Below, piece by piece: positions 31,878-38,529 of a stretch of 38,529 nucleotides of DNA. Within the stretch, counting starts at the first letter, position 1. Every line of letters begins with the position of its first letter. The DNA is taken from the IMG/VR virus record IMGVR_UViG_3300042922_000204, one strand, 5' to 3'. The stretch comes from a virus. Both the position numbers and the translations under genes were made by a program. Below the pieces are notes generated by a model. The model was not told the origin of the DNA. It saw nothing but the letters and a program-made list of their open reading frames with translations, and ran no database searches.

Positions 31878-31959
31878 CTACATAAAAGTACACAAAATAA
31901 TTACATTTAGTAAATAAATATATATAAAACAATTTACACTTAGTGCTTGACACTATGTG
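31878..31959. promoter_or_regulatory. Operator-like repeats in the divergent immunity region
   Basis: TTACATTTAGTA (31901-31912), TTACACTTAGTG (31934-31945), TTGACACTATGTG (31947-31959, overlapping the -35) and a looser CTACATAAAAGTA (31878-31890). Each contains a TAC/CAC...GTA/GTG inverted core. Confidence 0.5.
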
Positions 31960-31975
31960 TGGAGTGATATATTAT
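31947..31975 (+). promoter_or_regulatory. Early rightward promoter (PR-like)
   Basis: TTGACA (31947-31952), a 17-nt spacer, then TATTAT (31970-31975), about 40 nt upstream of the cro-like ATG. Confidence 0.6.
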
Positions 31976-32013
31976 AGTAATTAACAAAAGATAAATGAGT
32001 GGAGGTGAAATTA

Positions 32014-32217
32014 ATGGACAAAGACAAGATAGCAAAAAAACTGATATCGTTGAGAGGTGATAAAACCAAAGAACAAGTGGCAGTAGACCTTGGGGTCGCT
32101 TACGCATCTATAGTAAGTTACGAGAGAGGTGATAGAATACCCCGTGATGAACTAAAGATCAAGATCGCAAAGTATTACGGATTGAAAGTTGAAGATATTT
32201 TTTTTAACCAACAATGA
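32014..32217 (+). CDS. Cro-like XRE-family HTH regulator
   Basis: HTH TKEQVAVDLGVAYASIVSYERGDRIP. ATG32014 lies 6 nt after GGAGGTG (the track starts at GTG31999). Confidence 0.8.
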   Translation: MDKDKIAKKLISLRGDKTKEQVAVDLGVAYASIVSYERGDRIPRDELKIKIAKYYGLKVEDIFFNQQ

Positions 32218-32249
32218 CACACTTAGTGACAAAGCGAGGAGGAACAGGT

Positions 32250-32426
32250 GTGGAGAGACAAAGAGTAACAATTAAAGAAGCTGCTAAAATTCTAGGGATA
32301 TCAGAACAATATGTGAGACTAGGATTACAAAGTGGTGAATTGCCGTTTGGAACAGCAGTAAAAATGAGCAGTATCTACACTTACCATATATCACCAAAAC
32401 TTTTTAAAGAATACATAGGAGGATAA
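32250..32426 (+). CDS. Excisionase-like / MerR-type HTH DNA-binding protein
   Basis: VTIKEAAKILGISEQYVRLGLQSGELPFG is typical of phage Xis-family HTH proteins. GTG32250 lies 6 nt after GAGGAGG (the track starts at ATG32214). Confidence 0.6.
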   Translation: MERQRVTIKEAAKILGISEQYVRLGLQSGELPFGTAVKMSSIYTYHISPKLFKEYIGG

Positions 32427-32430
32427 GTTA

Positions 32431-33153
32431 ATGAACGAGTTGCAAATATTTAACAACATAGAATTTGGACAAGTTAGAGTTTTAGAAAAAGATGGACAAC
32501 CTTGGTTTGTTGGGAAAGACGTATGTTCTATTTTAGAAATTAAAAACAATAGGGATGCGGTCGCAAGATTAGATGAAGATGAGAAGGATGTAGTTTTAAC
32601 CGACACCCTTGGAGGAAAACAAATATTACAAATCGTCAACGAATTTGGTTTATACTCTTTGATTTTAGGAAGTAGAAAACCCGAAGCAAAGCAATTTAAA
32701 AGATGGATTACTCACGATGTAGTTCCACAAATCAGAAAAACAGGATCATATCAAATGCCACGGACTAAAAAAGAAGAACTCCAACTCTTTGCAGAAACGT
32801 TCAGAGAACAGGACGAGAAAATCGAAGCAGTAAACAGTGACTTACAAAATTTTAAACTAGACATACCGTTATTAGGCATTGAATGCGAAAGAATAACCTC
32901 TACAGTACGAACCAAAGGTGTAACTTGCCTAGGCGGTAAACAATCGCCATCGTATCAAAACAAGTCTCTCAGGAGTCGCATCTACTCTGATATATACGGA
33001 CAACTCAAAAGAGAGTTTGGAGTTACATCTTACAAGGCTATAAAACGTATTCAAAGTGATTTAGCAGTAGATATTGTAAAGAAGTATACACCACCGTTTG
33101 CTTTAAATGAAGAAATTCAAGGAGTTAATAGTCAGGTGGGGTTTGATGCGTAA
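32431..33153 (+). CDS. Antirepressor (Bro-N domain plus C-terminal ORF6C-like domain)
   Basis: LQIFNNIEFGQVRVLEKDGQPWFVGKDVCSILEI...RDAVARLDEDEK...FGLYSLILGSRKPEAKQFKRWITHDVVPQIRKTG is the Bro-N signature. Confidence 0.85.
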   Translation: MNELQIFNNIEFGQVRVLEKDGQPWFVGKDVCSILEIKNNRDAVARLDEDEKDVVLTDTLGGKQILQIVNEFGLYSLILGSRKPEAKQFKRWITHDVVPQIRKTGSYQMPRTKKEELQLFAETFREQDEKIEAVNSDLQNFKLDIPLLGIECERITSTVRTKGVTCLGGKQSPSYQNKSLRSRIYSDIYGQLKREFGVTSYKAIKRIQSDLAVDIVKKYTPPFALNEEIQGVNSQVGFDA

Positions 33154-33186
33154 TATGAATAAATGTGAAGGAGTTGTTAGTTAGTT

Positions 33187-33489
33187 ATGAATAAAAATTG
33201 TGATAATTGTTATTGGAAATGGTATGAAAATAAATTTTGTATATATAACGAAAGTAAACCTATAGAAAATATATGCGACAAGCATATGTACTTATGTTGT
33301 GAATGTGGGTTGGGTACAGAGTATAAATATAATAACAAATTTTATTGTGGAGATTGTTTACTAAAAGAGTTTGATGTAACAGAATCTACTACTATTCATT
33401 ACTGTTTAGATGGTGAATATTTAGGAAGCAATGACGACTTTCAAGAAGTTATTAGAATGTTAGATAGCAGTATAGAAGAACTTAATTAA
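33187..33489 (+). CDS. Cys-rich hypothetical protein
   Basis: ORF track. Several CxxC-type pairs. ATG behind GAAGGAG. Confidence 0.6.
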   Translation: MNKNCDNCYWKWYENKFCIYNESKPIENICDKHMYLCCECGLGTEYKYNNKFYCGDCLLKEFDVTESTTIHYCLDGEYLGSNDDFQEVIRMLDSSIEELN

Positions 33490-33542
33490 AACATAATTCA
33501 AATAAACCACGTACCAAACTAAATCCAAAAGGAGGACAACCA

Positions 33543-33689
33543 ATGCAACCACTAAGAGTTACAACCTCATACCTGAGATTAATAAAATCCGAACTAAATC
33601 AAAGCGCAAGCAATTTCAAACAACAAAGCGAAGCAATGGACAAGGCTATTGAAGTTATAGAAGATATTTTAAGAGACGTAGAAATGTAG
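33543..33689 (+). CDS. Small hypothetical protein (48 aa)
   Basis: Translated by hand: MQPLRVTTSYLRLIKSELNQSASNFKQQSEAMDKAIEVIEDILRDVEM. ATG behind AAGGAGGA. Confidence 0.5.
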   Translation: MQPLRVTTSYLRLIKSELNQSASNFKQQSEAMDKAIEVIEDILRDVEM

Positions 33690-33700
33690 GAGGGGTAGAG

Positions 33701-34231
33701 GTGGCAAGTAATAAGTTTTGGACTAAAGCAGAGGATAATATATTAAAAAAGCATTACGGTAAAATACCGAGCGAGGAACTAGAAAAGAAGTTTACTGGTA
33801 GAACAATGGGAGCAATTGAAATGAGAACATTCACCATAGGGATTCGCAACAATGATGATTGGACAGAAGAGCAGGACCAGTTTTTATTCGACAACGTAAA
33901 TATGACAACTAGAGAAGTATCTGACCATCTGAAGAAAACTTATGGCTCAGTAGTGAAAAGAAGAAAGTTTCTAGGAGTACCTAAGAGAAATACGAACAAA
34001 TGCATAGTATACAAAAAGAGACCAATTATAAACGGATTCATGGTAAAGGCTACCTATTCACTAAAAGAAGATGTTAAAAATCCATTCATAGCTAAACCGA
34101 ATATATATAAACGAACAATGAGATACCCAACAGAACCCACCAAAGAAAGTGCCACTAATAGAGCCTTAGATTCGATGCTAAACCACATGAAAGTTGTAAA
34201 TGTAGAAATCAAGGAGGTTATCCCACTATGA
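33701..34231 (+). CDS. Hypothetical protein with two SANT/Myb-like W-x-EED repeats (possible DNA binding)
   Basis: ORF track. GTG behind AGGAGGGG. Repeats are FWTKAEDNILKKHYG and DWTEEQDQFLFDNV. Confidence 0.6.
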   Translation: MASNKFWTKAEDNILKKHYGKIPSEELEKKFTGRTMGAIEMRTFTIGIRNNDDWTEEQDQFLFDNVNMTTREVSDHLKKTYGSVVKRRKFLGVPKRNTNKCIVYKKRPIINGFMVKATYSLKEDVKNPFIAKPNIYKRTMRYPTEPTKESATNRALDSMLNHMKVVNVEIKEVIPL

Positions 34232-34401
34232 AATTAAAAACCAAACAAAAGCTAAATTGTCTCCTGAGTCTCGAAGATATTGACTTGCTAAAAGAAAACA
34301 ATCACAACCCTTACGAATTTATGATCTTGGAGAAAAATGCAGAGGTCAAAGTATTTCAGGTAATAGATCAAAGTCAAAAACCGATTAGCTTGAGGTATTG
34401 A
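34228..34401 (+). CDS. Small hypothetical protein (57 aa)
   Basis: Translated by hand: MKLKTKQKLNCLLSLEDIDLLKENNHNPYEF... ATGA overlap with the upstream stop. SD AAGGAGG. Confidence 0.5.
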   Translation: MKLKTKQKLNCLLSLEDIDLLKENNHNPYEFMILEKNAEVKVFQVIDQSQKPISLRY

Positions 34402-34402
34402 C

Positions 34403-34483
34403 ATGACAGGAGAGATATTCCTAGCATTCTTTTTACTCTTAGGGATCATCACCTACCTAGATTACAAGGAGGAACAACAATGA
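34403..34483 (+). CDS. Possible membrane micro-protein (26 aa)
   Basis: MTGEIFLAFFLLLGIITYLDYKEEQQ. Its stop overlaps the next ATG (ATGA). Confidence 0.3.
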   Translation: MTGEIFLAFFLLLGIITYLDYKEEQQ

Positions 34484-34647
34484 TTACCCTGCCAAAAACC
34501 ATACAAGCCACAAATACCATAATTAGAGCGTTGAAATCTATATTACCATACGAGAGTAACAAGAAAGAAATTACTGAGGATATAGAGTTGCTAGAGAGCC
34601 ACAGGGAGAAGTTGAAAGTAAAAAAAAGTTCTGAAAGTTGGCGCTGA
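34480..34647 (+). CDS. Small hypothetical protein (55 aa)
   Basis: Translated by hand: MITLPKTIQATNTIIRALKSILPYESNKKEITEDIELLESHREKLKVKK... ATG behind AAGGAGGAA. The antisense ORF 34449..34688 is rejected. Confidence 0.5.
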   Translation: MITLPKTIQATNTIIRALKSILPYESNKKEITEDIELLESHREKLKVKKSSESWR

Positions 34648-34700
34648 CAGAACGGTAAGAAAATAAACTTACGTAGATTATACCACAAGGAGGAATGTTT

Positions 34701-34856
34701 GTGAATAGCGATGATCTGCTAATAAAAAAATACACCTATTGGCTCAAAGAAATCGAGCAGAAAGAGGATAAACTTGTTGTAATTCTTAAAGACTTAACAA
34801 AGCAAAAGAAGGAAATCGCTACATGGATTAAAGAATTGAAGGAGGAATCAAATTGA
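34701..34856 (+). CDS. Small coiled-coil protein (51 aa)
   Basis: GTG behind AAGGAGGAA. Its stop overlaps the TTG of the ATPase gene (TTGA). Confidence 0.5.
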   Translation: MNSDDLLIKKYTYWLKEIEQKEDKLVVILKDLTKQKKEIATWIKELKEESN

Positions 34857-36283
34857 AAATAACTAAAATCAAAATAAAAAACTTGTTTGGCATCAAAGAA
34901 TATGAAGCAGGTGGAAAATCGTTAGAGTTAACAGGCGAAAACGGAGCCGGTAAAACCTCTGTAATAGATTCCATTAGATACGCATTAACTAATAAGTCAA
35001 ACCGCGATTACATAGTAAGAAATGGAGAAACAGAGGGTGAAATATTAATCGAAACTGATGCAGGGTTAACCATAAACAGAAAATCTAGGACAACCCAATC
35101 AGATTATAAGAGTATAAAGAAAAACGGTGCTGAGGTGCAAAGTCCCGAAACTTTTCTTAAAGATATCTTCACAGAATTGCAGTTGAATCCAGTAGAGTTC
35201 ATGTTTATGGATAAGAAAAAACAGAATGCAATCATCCTAGACATGATCGAATTTCCTTGGGACTTAGCTTGGATAAAAGAACAATTTGGAGAGATCGTTC
35301 CTGACGTAAATTACGAACAAAATATTCTACAAGTACTAAACGACATCCAATCCGAAGGTGGTTTTTATTTCCGAAGAAGACAAGAGATTAATAGAGACAC
35401 GAGAAATAAAAAAGCCTTTATTGAGGATATAGGAAACGAGCTGCCAACTGGATATAATGCAAAAGTTTGGGAGGAAGCAAATCTAAGCGAACTCTACAGA
35501 GAAATTGAAACTATCAGAAACCAAAACGGACAGATTGAAAAAGCAAAACATATAGTCGAAAACAGAAATAATAAGGTTAGAAAATTTGATGCAGATAGAG
35601 AAATATCGTTATCCACTTTAGACCGAGAAATGAATTTTAAAGCCAATGAAATTTCTAATCAACTTACTAGTCTAAAAGAACAAATAAAGTCACTAGAAGC
35701 CGAACAGGACTCTATCGCGGACAAAAGAGCAGACAAGCAAGAAGTTATTGAACAGACTTACAAAGCAAATATCGCTCAGTATGATGCAGAGGTGGAAGAA
35801 TACAAAGATTTAGCAAATAAAGAAACTAAAGACTTATCTGAATTAACAGAACAGGCCACCAATACCGAGAAAATGAAATCTCACTTGAATGAGTACAAAA
35901 GAATGGTTACTCTGCAAGGTGAAGTTGCTGAATTATCGGAAGTTTCCGAGGGATTAACTGAAAAGATCGAGAAAGCTAGAACACTTCCTGGCGTAATACT
36001 TGAGACAGCTACTATCCCGATAACTGATTTGACCGTAAAGGATGGCATCCCACTAATAAAAGGACTTCCAGTGTCTAATCTATCAGAAGGTGAGAAACTT
36101 GATCTTTGCATAGATGTAGCGGTTCAAAAGCCGAACGCACTACAAATTGTTTTGATTGATGGAGTAGAGAAATTGTCTACAGAGAATAGAACTAGACTAT
36201 ATGAAAAATGCAAAGCTAAAGGATTGCAATTCATTGCAAGTCGTACAACGGACGATGCAGATTTAACAGTAATCGAACTATAA
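34853..36283 (+). CDS. SMC/Rad50/RecN-like AAA ATPase with central coiled coil
   Basis: Walker A TGENGAGKTSVIDS at the N-terminus, a long coiled coil, a signature-like LSEGEK and Walker B LQIVLIDGVEKL at the C-terminus. Confidence 0.8.
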   Translation: MKITKIKIKNLFGIKEYEAGGKSLELTGENGAGKTSVIDSIRYALTNKSNRDYIVRNGETEGEILIETDAGLTINRKSRTTQSDYKSIKKNGAEVQSPETFLKDIFTELQLNPVEFMFMDKKKQNAIILDMIEFPWDLAWIKEQFGEIVPDVNYEQNILQVLNDIQSEGGFYFRRRQEINRDTRNKKAFIEDIGNELPTGYNAKVWEEANLSELYREIETIRNQNGQIEKAKHIVENRNNKVRKFDADREISLSTLDREMNFKANEISNQLTSLKEQIKSLEAEQDSIADKRADKQEVIEQTYKANIAQYDAEVEEYKDLANKETKDLSELTEQATNTEKMKSHLNEYKRMVTLQGEVAELSEVSEGLTEKIEKARTLPGVILETATIPITDLTVKDGIPLIKGLPVSNLSEGEKLDLCIDVAVQKPNALQIVLIDGVEKLSTENRTRLYEKCKAKGLQFIASRTTDDADLTVIEL

Positions 36284-36300
36284 AAAAGGAGTGATACATA

Positions 36301-36918
36301 ATGGAAAACGAAATTATAAACATAGAACCAAAACATGATCTAATAACAGGGGTATTTGAAAACTTAGAGAATTTCAAGGAACTTTACGATATAGGAAAAA
36401 TGTTCGCATCATCAACTCTAGTTCCGCAAGCTTATCAAAAAAAACCGATGGATTGCGCAATAGCAGTAGATATGGCAAATCGCATGGGATTATCTCCAAT
36501 GATGGTGATGCAAAATCTTTGGGTAGTCATGGGTAAACCTTCATGGAGTGGTCAAGCTTGTAAGGCTCTAGTAGAAGGTAGTGGAAGGTATACAAATGTG
36601 AAGCATGTTTACACAGGAACAAAAGGCGCGGATGATTGGGGTTGCTTTTTGCAAGCGACAAGGCTAGAAGATAACGAAGTTGTAAAAGGTGTTGAAGTAA
36701 CTATTAAAATGGCAAAAGACGAAGGTTGGGTTAGTAAGAACGGTAGTAAGTGGAAAACAATGCCTGAATTAATGTTAGCTTACAGAGCAAGTGCGTTTTT
36801 CGCAAGAGTACATATACCTAATGCGCTAATGGGATTACAAGTCGAAGGAGAAGTTGAGGATGTAAATAAACCCATGTCAATAGAAGTTACCGATGCTTTC
36901 AAAGAGGTGTCGAAATGA
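36301..36918 (+). CDS. Single-strand annealing protein (RecT/Red-beta-like, tentative)
   Basis: Sits between the ATPase and the PD-(D/E)XK nuclease. Pattern LVPQAYQKKPMDCAIAVDMANRMGLSP...GKPSWSGQ...KWKTMPELMLAYRA resembles recombinase families. No search was possible. Confidence 0.55.
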   Translation: MENEIINIEPKHDLITGVFENLENFKELYDIGKMFASSTLVPQAYQKKPMDCAIAVDMANRMGLSPMMVMQNLWVVMGKPSWSGQACKALVEGSGRYTNVKHVYTGTKGADDWGCFLQATRLEDNEVVKGVEVTIKMAKDEGWVSKNGSKWKTMPELMLAYRASAFFARVHIPNALMGLQVEGEVEDVNKPMSIEVTDAFKEVSK

Positions 36919-37712
36919 TAATTACCAACGAGAATTATTTTAGTAAGGAAGCAAGCCTAGAGTTCTTAGGCTCTTCGCAATACAAAAGTTTCGCTGGAAC
37001 ATCTGGAAAACAAGGGTGTGAAGCAAAGGCGATAGCTGAATTGAACGGTTACTGGGGCGAAGAAAAAACAACCGCTTTATTAGTTGGTGGATTTGTAGAT
37101 GCGCACTTCGAGGGGACGTTAGATATTTTCAAAGCACAAAATCCTGAGATATTTACCAAGAAAGGCGAATTGAAAGCAGAATACAAAAAAGCTAACGAAA
37201 TTATCACAAGAGTAGAACGTGATCCTAAGTTTATGCAATATATGAGCGGTGAGAAACAAGTCATAATGACAGGTGAGTTTTTCGGTTCTAAGTGGAAAAT
37301 TAAGATAGATAGCTATCATCCCAATATTGCAATAGTGGATCTGAAATGTATGGCATCACTTACAAAATCAGAGTGGGTCAAAGATTATGGAAAAATGAAC
37401 TTTGTAGAGTATTGGGGTTATACGATCCAAGGTGCTATTTATCAAAAGATAGTCGAGTTAAACACAGGAAAGAAATTACCTTTTTACATAGCTGGTGTGA
37501 CAAAAGAAAAAGAACCGAATTTAGAGATAATAGAAATTGACAACGGAACTTTGAGTGACGCTTTATCATTAATGGAATCGAACGTCTCTAGGATTATATC
37601 TCTGAAAAAAGGTGAGATTGAACCTGATAGGTGCGGGCATTGTGACTATTGTAGATTTACAAAAATTCTAACAGGTCCTATACATTTTTCTCAGATTATG
37701 GAAGGTATTTAA
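36915..37712 (+). CDS. PD-(D/E)XK exonuclease (Cas4/RecB-like, C-terminal Cys cluster)
   Basis: IAIVDLKC core motif, QGAIYQ, and C-terminal CGHCDYC. Partner of the annealing protein. Confidence 0.75.
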   Translation: MIITNENYFSKEASLEFLGSSQYKSFAGTSGKQGCEAKAIAELNGYWGEEKTTALLVGGFVDAHFEGTLDIFKAQNPEIFTKKGELKAEYKKANEIITRVERDPKFMQYMSGEKQVIMTGEFFGSKWKIKIDSYHPNIAIVDLKCMASLTKSEWVKDYGKMNFVEYWGYTIQGAIYQKIVELNTGKKLPFYIAGVTKEKEPNLEIIEIDNGTLSDALSLMESNVSRIISLKKGEIEPDRCGHCDYCRFTKILTGPIHFSQIMEGI

Positions 37713-37713
37713 T

Positions 37714-38145
37714 ATGATAGATAAAGAAATCTACGATAAATTATCCAGCGTGTATAGGAGCATGAAAACTCGATGTTATAGCAGCAGGAATAAAGCTTAT
37801 TATTTATATGGCGGTAAAGGAATAAGAATATGCGAAACATGGCTATTGGATAAAGAAAAATTCATTGCATGGTCCATGGAAAATGGGTACAAGCAAGGAC
37901 TCACAATTGACAGGATCGATAGCAATAAAAACTACGAACCTTTAAATTGTAGATGGGTCGATAGGTATGTACAGAATAATAATACAAGCAGAAATACATT
38001 CGTTACATATAAAAACCAAACACATACCTTAGCTGAATGGTCTAGAATAACTGGATTATCATATAAAACTATTTGTCATAGACATTCTCGCAATTGGGAC
38101 ACTGAAAGAATGTTCACACAAAAACAGGAGATTAGAAAATTATGA
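37714..38145 (+). CDS. Conserved phage protein (DNA-binding/HNH-like family often seen as YxxMKxRC...YGGxGI...DRID)
   Basis: YRSMKTRCYSSRNKAYYLYGGKGIRICETW...LTIDRIDSNKNYEPLNCRWV is a widespread phage family pattern. Its function is not established. Confidence 0.6.
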   Translation: MIDKEIYDKLSSVYRSMKTRCYSSRNKAYYLYGGKGIRICETWLLDKEKFIAWSMENGYKQGLTIDRIDSNKNYEPLNCRWVDRYVQNNNTSRNTFVTYKNQTHTLAEWSRITGLSYKTICHRHSRNWDTERMFTQKQEIRKL

Positions 38146-38426
38146 GAACTAAAAGCATCTTAGGGGATCAAGAGACTTGCTATGTATGTGGGAAAGGTGG
38201 CTACTTAGAAGATCATCATGTGTTCAATAGTTCCAATAGAGACCACAGCGAGAAGTACGGACTTAAAGTAAACCTCTGCCCTGAGTGTCACCGCGGTCAT
38301 AATGGTGTCCACGGGAAGAATGGATCCAAGCTGAATCTAAAGCTAAAAATACAGTTCCAGAGGTTGTTCGAAAAGATGTATGGGCACGAGAAATTTATGG
38401 AGATTTTTAAGAAAAATTATATATAG
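38142..38426 (+). CDS. HNH-like zinc-finger protein (NinG/DUF968-like, tentative)
   Basis: CYVCG...EDHHVF...LCPECHRGHNGVH. The last 22 nt lie in the terminal overlap. Confidence 0.6.
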   Translation: MRTKSILGDQETCYVCGKGGYLEDHHVFNSSNRDHSEKYGLKVNLCPECHRGHNGVHGKNGSKLNLKLKIQFQRLFEKMYGHEKFMEIFKKNYI

Positions 38427-38529
38427 AGTACCGCGGATTCTGAATAAAATGTTCAATAGATGAAAGGAATTGATAATTTGATTAATAAAGAAAAAATAAA
38501 CAATACACAAATAGCAATAAATCATTTAA
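38405..38529. repeat. Terminal overlap, copy 2 (identical to 1..125)
   Basis: See copy 1. The window ends inside a second copy of the start of the 56..511 gene. Confidence 0.95.

Noticed and set aside
1-38529. Search for CRISPR arrays, complete tRNA genes, rRNA, transposase/IS elements, reverse transcriptases and obvious toxin-antitoxin pairs
   Set aside because: Reading both strands, I found no regularly spaced repeats, transposase-like ORFs, RT motifs or paired small toxin/antitoxin genes. The only tRNA-like sequence is the partial one at attP.

Overview
The window is one complete, circularly closed genome of an AT-rich temperate siphovirus of a low-GC Gram-positive (Bacillales/Clostridia-like) host. 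Bases 1-125 are identical to 38405-38529, so the unit length is 38,404 bp. It is in the attP (excised) form and I see no host genes.

Modules in window order:
- Early/replication region, + strand, about 1-8100: HNH, replisome organizer, RusA, a mini ferredoxin-thioredoxin-reductase-like protein coupled to ThyX, SSB, many small zinc-ribbon proteins and a RinA/ArpU-like late regulator.
- Packaging and head, 8495-14121: HNH, a cos-like repeat region, TerS, TerL, HK97-type portal, ClpP-like protease and major capsid.
- Connectors and tail, 14169-26476: major tail protein, G/T chaperones with a -1 slippery site, tape measure, Dit, two enzymatic fibre genes, then Tal.
- A self-contained lipoprotein moron.
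- Lysis cassette: XhlA, holin, amidase.
- A reverse-strand lipoprotein.
- attP: a tRNA 3-prime half flanked by arm-type repeats.
- Lysogeny switch: integrase, ImmA, XRE repressor / Cro, Xis-like protein, antirepressor.
- Recombination module: SMC-like ATPase, annealing protein, PD-(D/E)XK nuclease.

The most unusual observation is repeated use of ATA/ATT where a start codon is expected, at correct Shine-Dalgarno (SD) spacing, in six core genes. Three of these the ORF track misses or truncates. Other points of interest are the fibre module inserted between Dit and Tal, HxH nonapeptide repeats in Tal, the FTR-like/ThyX pair, and a WWW mini-ORF upstream of the lysis genes.
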